This document shows, one piece after another, positions 59,955 through 64,000 of a stretch of DNA of 64,000 nt. Source of the stretch: an uncultured archaeon (GTDB lineage Archaea; Iainarchaeota; Iainarchaeia; Iainarchaeales; 1-14-0-10-31-34); the NCBI GenBank assembly GCA_964608675.1, contig CAZSOZ010000001.1:160001-224000 (forward strand), in the 5' to 3' direction. Position numbers and translations under genes: made by a program. Positions within the stretch are counted from its first letter, which is position 1; each line of letters begins with the position of its first letter. The notes under the pieces are model-generated. The model ran no database searches and was not told the DNA's origin. It saw only the letters and a list, made by a program, of their open reading frames with translations.

Positions 59955-60353
59955 ATGCTGGGAAAACTTTTTTTGTTTGGATTACTGGTTTTTTTCTTAA
60001 TAATTTTAGGAGGATTATTTGTTGTAAGAGGAATCGCAGTTGAAATGCAGGAACAAGGAATTCCAGTAGATGACTTAGGGCAACTATTTTTTCAGAAAGA
60101 AAGCTTTCCACAACAATTAGAAGGGCTTGTTGATGACAGCCAAATAAATTCTTCTCAAAACACAATTGATTCAAGCAAGATTACTTCAAAAGAAGCAACA
60201 GATGCATACCAGGATTACATTGATGCATACAATAAATTAACTGAATTAATGTCTGAAGGAAAAGGAGATACTCCTGAAGGACAGCAGGCATACAGGGAAT
60301 ACAAAGAAGCAAAAGAAAAATATGAGGCAATAGCTCAATCTTTAAGTAATTAA
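59955..60353 (+). CDS. Hypothetical membrane-anchored protein
   Basis: N-terminal TM, helical C-terminal domain. Confidence 0.65.
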   Translation: MLGKLFLFGLLVFFLIILGGLFVVRGIAVEMQEQGIPVDDLGQLFFQKESFPQQLEGLVDDSQINSSQNTIDSSKITSKEATDAYQDYIDAYNKLTELMSEGKGDTPEGQQAYREYKEAKEKYEAIAQSLSN

Positions 60354-60375
60354 AAAATCATCAGAAGGAAAAAAA

Positions 60376-60756
60376 ATGAAAAAAATAGTTTTAGTTGGAT
60401 TAATTTTAATGATTTTATTTAGTTTTGGTTGTTTTACTCCAATAGAACCAAAACCATTGGAACCAACAAACAGAGACAGCAAAGGAAACAGAGACATAAA
60501 ATCAACTCAAGAAGGATTAAGTTTTGAAACAGCAATAGTCATTCAGGCAGACAACGAAGAAAACGGAATTCAAATGGAATATGATTGGTTAACAGAAAAT
60601 GCTTGTCCTGAACAAGGAGGCCCAAAAGAAAGAACCACACAACAATTAGAGCAAAAAAATGGGAAATGGTATGATGTGCTTTATGTTGAATGTCATAACG
60701 GAGAAGAAATAATTTATTATTTTAATATTGACAGTTTTTTTGGAAAATGGGATTAA
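60376..60756 (+). CDS. Putative lipoprotein (paralog of 56992-57432)
   Basis: Lipobox-like FSFGC; shared FETAIVI...YYFNIDSFFGKW domain. Confidence 0.72.
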   Translation: MKKIVLVGLILMILFSFGCFTPIEPKPLEPTNRDSKGNRDIKSTQEGLSFETAIVIQADNEENGIQMEYDWLTENACPEQGGPKERTTQQLEQKNGKWYDVLYVECHNGEEIIYYFNIDSFFGKWD

Positions 60757-60766
60757 AGGTGAAAAA

Positions 60767-61189
60767 ATGAAAAAAATACTTGCGTTAATTGTTTTGTGCG
60801 TTTTCTTGTTTGGGTGCCCTGACAACCCTAAACCAGAAGAAAAAGTGGTTTTCAAGGAAATTCCATGGGCAGAAATTCCTTCAAACTGCACTGAATTCAA
60901 GGACAATGTATGCGGATTGTTTTCCTGCATGGTTGAATCCTGCTGGTGCAAAGAAAGCCCTGAAATGATTGTATTGGAAGGAAATACTGTATTGCAGTCA
61001 GAAGGAGAAATAAAAGAATATTTTCAGGAAAAAAAAGAAGAAATAACAGGCACACAACTGCTTGAAATAACTAATACAGCAAAACTTAATCCAATTTTTT
61101 GGAACGTGTTTTTTACAACAGAAAATGGAGAGCAGATGCTTACTGTTGCAGCAGATGGAACAGTGATAGAAACAGTTTGCGGAGTCTAA
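60767..61189 (+). CDS. Putative Cys-rich lipoprotein
   Basis: MKKILALIVLCVFLFGC lipobox-like; GGTGA SD. Confidence 0.68.
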   Translation: MKKILALIVLCVFLFGCPDNPKPEEKVVFKEIPWAEIPSNCTEFKDNVCGLFSCMVESCWCKESPEMIVLEGNTVLQSEGEIKEYFQEKKEEITGTQLLEITNTAKLNPIFWNVFFTTENGEQMLTVAADGTVIETVCGV

Positions 61190-61283
61190 AAAAAACCAAA
61201 ACAAACCCTTTTTTTTTCTTTTTTAGAAAAAAAAGACTGGAAAGTTTTAATTTATTTAATTTCATTTTTTTTAATGAGAAAAA

Positions 61284-61553
61284 ATGGATGACAGACTTTT
61301 TTATCAGGCGCCCCCGCCAAAAACAATAATACTAAAGGAATCAAAATTTAATCCAAAAAAAGCAGAAATCAAAACAGATCAGGCAATAATTTGGGAGAAT
61401 AAGGATTCATTTAAGCACACAATAACAGGATTTGGAATAAACAAAGAAATTCTTCCAGGAGAACAATTCACATACAAATTCGAAGAACCAGGAACTTATG
61501 AATACGAAAGCACTTTGCAGAAAGACATGAAAGGAACAACACTAGTAATGTAA
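61284..61553 (+). CDS. Cupredoxin-like protein lacking canonical Cu ligands
   Basis: FNP...WENKDSFKHTI...FEEPGTYEYESTLQKDMKG. Confidence 0.6.
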   Translation: MDDRLFYQAPPPKTIILKESKFNPKKAEIKTDQAIIWENKDSFKHTITGFGINKEILPGEQFTYKFEEPGTYEYESTLQKDMKGTTLVM

Positions 61554-61586
61554 TATTATACATAACTTTTTTTAGGAGGAAGTTAA

Positions 61587-62042
61587 ATGAAAATAGAATC
61601 CAAAAATTTTTCTGATACTGAATTTATTCCCCAAAGATTTTCTTGTGAGGGAGAAGACATTAACCCTGAATTAAAGATTTCAGGTATTCCTGAAAAAACA
61701 AAAGCCTTGGCTTTGATTGTTGATGACCCAGATGCTCCTTCAGGAATATTCAACCACTGGATTTTATGGAATATTCCAGTTAAAGAAAGAGAAAAAATAA
61801 TTGAAGAAAATTCGGTTCCAGGGCTGAGAGGAATGAACGGCTTTGGAAAATTGGATTACGGCGGGCCGTGCCCGCCAAGCGGAACACACAGATATTATTT
61901 TAGAGTTTATGCATTAAAAGAAAAATTAGATTTAGGGGAAGGAAATTCAAGACAAGAATTAAAGAAAGCAATGCAGGAAAAAATAATTGAACAATCAGAG
62001 TTAATGGGAAAATATCAAAAAAAAAACAATAAAATTAAATAA
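61587..62042 (+). CDS. YbhB/YbcL Raf kinase inhibitor-like (PEBP) protein
   Basis: CEGEDINP, IVDDPDAP, HWILWNI, YGGPCPPSGTHRYYF. Confidence 0.93.
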   Translation: MKIESKNFSDTEFIPQRFSCEGEDINPELKISGIPEKTKALALIVDDPDAPSGIFNHWILWNIPVKEREKIIEENSVPGLRGMNGFGKLDYGGPCPPSGTHRYYFRVYALKEKLDLGEGNSRQELKKAMQEKIIEQSELMGKYQKKNNKIK

Positions 62043-62134
62043 AAAAAACAAAAATTACTAAAATTATTGAATTTTCACAAAAAAATCAATTAAAAGCTTT
62101 AAATTAAAAAAATTCCTTATTTAATTGATTAAAA

Positions 62135-62359
62135 ATGCCGTACAAAAAAACAAATGAATTGCCTGAAAGCATCAAAAGTAATCTTCCAAAAGAAGCACAA
62201 AAAATCTTTAAGGAAGCATACAATAATGCATGGAAGGAATACAAAGACCCAAAAAAAAGACAGGGAAACACTTCAAGAGAAGGGGCATCAAGAAGAGTTG
62301 CATGGAGTGCAGTCAAAAAAAAATACAAAAAAAGCAAAGGAAAATGGGTAAAAAAATAG
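62135..62359 (+). CDS. chaB: ChaB family protein
   Basis: MPY....ELPES....LP..AQ.IF..AYNNAW...A.RVAWSAVKKKY. Confidence 0.9.
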   Translation: MPYKKTNELPESIKSNLPKEAQKIFKEAYNNAWKEYKDPKKRQGNTSREGASRRVAWSAVKKKYKKSKGKWVKK

Positions 62360-62422
62360 TGTTTTTTAATATTAATTAACGAAAAAACAAATCTTTATAT
62401 ACATCTAGTGAGTATTTTTTTC

Positions 62423-63058
62423 ATGCCAAGAAGAAGAAGGCCAAAGCCCGCAGGCAAAAACATCAAAGTTGAACAAAAAAAACAAAAAGAAATAAAATCA
62501 ATGTTAAAAAAACAAAAAGAAAAGAACAAAGATTATCTTTCAACTGTATTAAAAAAAACAATCCAGGGCTCAGAAAAAAAAGAAGGAAGAAATGCCGCAG
62601 CCCATTTAGGAGTAAAACCAAAAAGCAATGCTCCAAGAATAAAAAAATATCCAAAATTAACGCTGTTTAAACCGGTTCGCCTGCCTTCAGGCAATTATGT
62701 GGTTTCATTAAAAGCTAATTTGAAGGCGGTGACTCCTGAAAAATTAACCGGAAAAAAAATTCATTTTCCATGGGGAATTGTAAAAAAAAGTGTAAAACCA
62801 AAAAGAAAGAGCGTTGAATTATGGGAACAAAAAAACATTACTTTGCAGGTTGAATATAATCCAAATAAAATGCCTTCAAGGAAAGGAAAAGGAAAAATTC
62901 ATATTCAAATAGCCGGGGGATCATCCAAAGTAGGCTTAACAAAAAAAGACAAATGGCGTTTTATTGAATTATTGAAAAGAATTCATAAAGGAGAAAAACC
63001 AAAACAAACAGAAACCTTCAAAGTAACACTTGCAAAAGCATATACTGAAGTTATATAA
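62423..63058 (+). CDS. Very basic orphan protein
   Basis: MPRRRRPKPAGK leader; long open frame. Confidence 0.6.
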   Translation: MPRRRRPKPAGKNIKVEQKKQKEIKSMLKKQKEKNKDYLSTVLKKTIQGSEKKEGRNAAAHLGVKPKSNAPRIKKYPKLTLFKPVRLPSGNYVVSLKANLKAVTPEKLTGKKIHFPWGIVKKSVKPKRKSVELWEQKNITLQVEYNPNKMPSRKGKGKIHIQIAGGSSKVGLTKKDKWRFIELLKRIHKGEKPKQTETFKVTLAKAYTEVI

Positions 63059-63177
63059 TTCTAACACAGTGTTTTTTATTTCTAACTCAAGGGCGTGGAA
63101 ATGTATGAAGAAAATTTGATTCTGGCATTGCTTTTGTGGCTTTGGTTTTTAAGGTTTGTTGGAAAAGGAGGCGTTGA

Positions 63178-63372
63178 ATGAAAAACAGAATCAAAGAATT
63201 TCGAGCAAAATACAATTTAACTTAGGAACAGCTGGCTAAAATAGTTAAAGTTCGAAGAGAAACTATTGTTTTTCTTGAACAAGGGAAATACAATCCTTTG
63301 CTTAAACTGGCTCACGATATAGCAAAAATTTTTAATGAGCCAATTGAAAAAATTTTTGAATTTGAAGAGTAA
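63178..63372 (+). pseudogene. XRE-family HTH regulator with in-frame TAG
   Basis: [51 protein letters not shown]; TAG at 63223-63225 where Gln is expected. Confidence 0.75.
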
Positions 63373-63720
63373 ATTTTTAGGAGTTCATTTCTACAGTTTT
63401 CGCCAAATAGTTTTTTTTTCGTCTATTGTTTGGATTTTAGATGATTCTTCATAGTTTGAATGCTGTCTTCTGGTTTAATGTTTTTGTTTGATATTTTGAT
63501 TGGACAGTCTTATTTATTTGAAAAACCAAGTTTTATACATAACTTAGAATCCTGTTCGTCTTATTCAATGGTTCTGTTGATTAAGCCTTCCAAAAGATTT
63601 ATCTGAATCAGCATAAAAAGCATGAAAAAAAGGGGAAACCAAGAATTCCGCTGAATATCTTGTGTATTGGCTTGATTTTGGCTGAAAATAGCTTAAATAT
63701 GGCTCATTTTTATTAGACAT

Positions 63721-63748
63721 AACCCGTATAAGACACATTATACGTGTT
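63721..63748. other. dif-like Xer recombination site
   Basis: AACCCGTATAA-GACACA-TTATACGTGTT: 11-bp arms matching 10/11 as inverted repeats, 6-bp spacer, inner ATAA/TTAT. Confidence 0.7.
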
Positions 63749-64000
63749 TTCCTAGAGGGGACTTAATCAAAAAACGCGAAAAATCAGCTTTACTGGAAGC
63801 AAGGAGGGTACAGACAGGAAAATAAGCATCGGCAGATTAAGAGTTATGTATACAAATTGAGGCAAATTTAATACAGCTCAAAAAACATTAGCAAAATAGC
63901 TTTTCAGATAAAAAACTTCTCAAAATTAAAAAATTTCATAAAAAATTTTTATAAAAAAAAATTAAAATAAAATATTCTTTTCTTTTCACACAAATTCAAA

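Larger units (their letters stand above)
52719..63852. repeat. Dispersed 11-bp motif TATACATAACT outside intact ORFs
   Basis: Exact at 52719, 61557, 63534 and inverted at 63842-63852; variants at 52782, 54696, 63714. Confidence 0.6.

Noticed and set aside
1222-62654. Many Phe/Ser/Leu-rich short ORFs overlapping real genes (e.g. 12411-12860, 35181-35729, 33587-34012, 50377-50799)
   Set aside because: They are antisense or alternate-frame shadows of Lys/Glu-rich genes or tRNAs, with no recognisable motifs
63223-63225. Stop-codon recoding or pyrrolysine in the HTH gene
   Set aside because: TAG ends other genes here (e.g. trm56, the pilus ATPase); a single CAG>TAG change in a decayed region is simpler
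63373-63710. Coding region downstream of the HTH pseudogene
   Set aside because: Only short interrupted frames with no recognisable product

Overview
AT-rich archaeal chromosomal segment, most likely from a DPANN archaeon. Iainarchaeota/Diapherotrites-like is my inference from the mix of archaeal core genes and bacterial-type anabolic genes. Core content: SRP54 (partial), SRP RNA, RtcA, GGGP synthase, RPA, RadA, a complete A/V-type ATP synthase operon (H-I-K-E-C-F-A-B-D), a type IV/Tad pilus locus flanked by two KaiC-like ATPases, bacterial-type TIM, class I LysRS, a purine cluster (guaA, purE, purC, purF, purB, purA), SerRS, aTrm56, TFE and four tRNAs. Main signals: (1) a full-length, hydrolase-dead RelA-like (p)ppGpp synthetase in an archaeon, next to the purine genes; (2) an XerA-type recombinase followed by a co-oriented accessory gene array punctuated by a repeated 11-bp TATACATAACT motif and ending at a near-perfect 28-bp dif-like site; (3) a dispersed set of very basic orphan genes, several with MP-K/R-rich leaders and several broken at homopolymers; (4) a strand-composition switch with repeats and a wHTH gene near 51 kb, a candidate origin with no adjacent orc1/cdc6; (5) structured RNA elements on both sides of radA and a GC-rich hairpin insert inside a pilin signal peptide. 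All calls come from reading motifs by eye; no database searches or folding programs were run.
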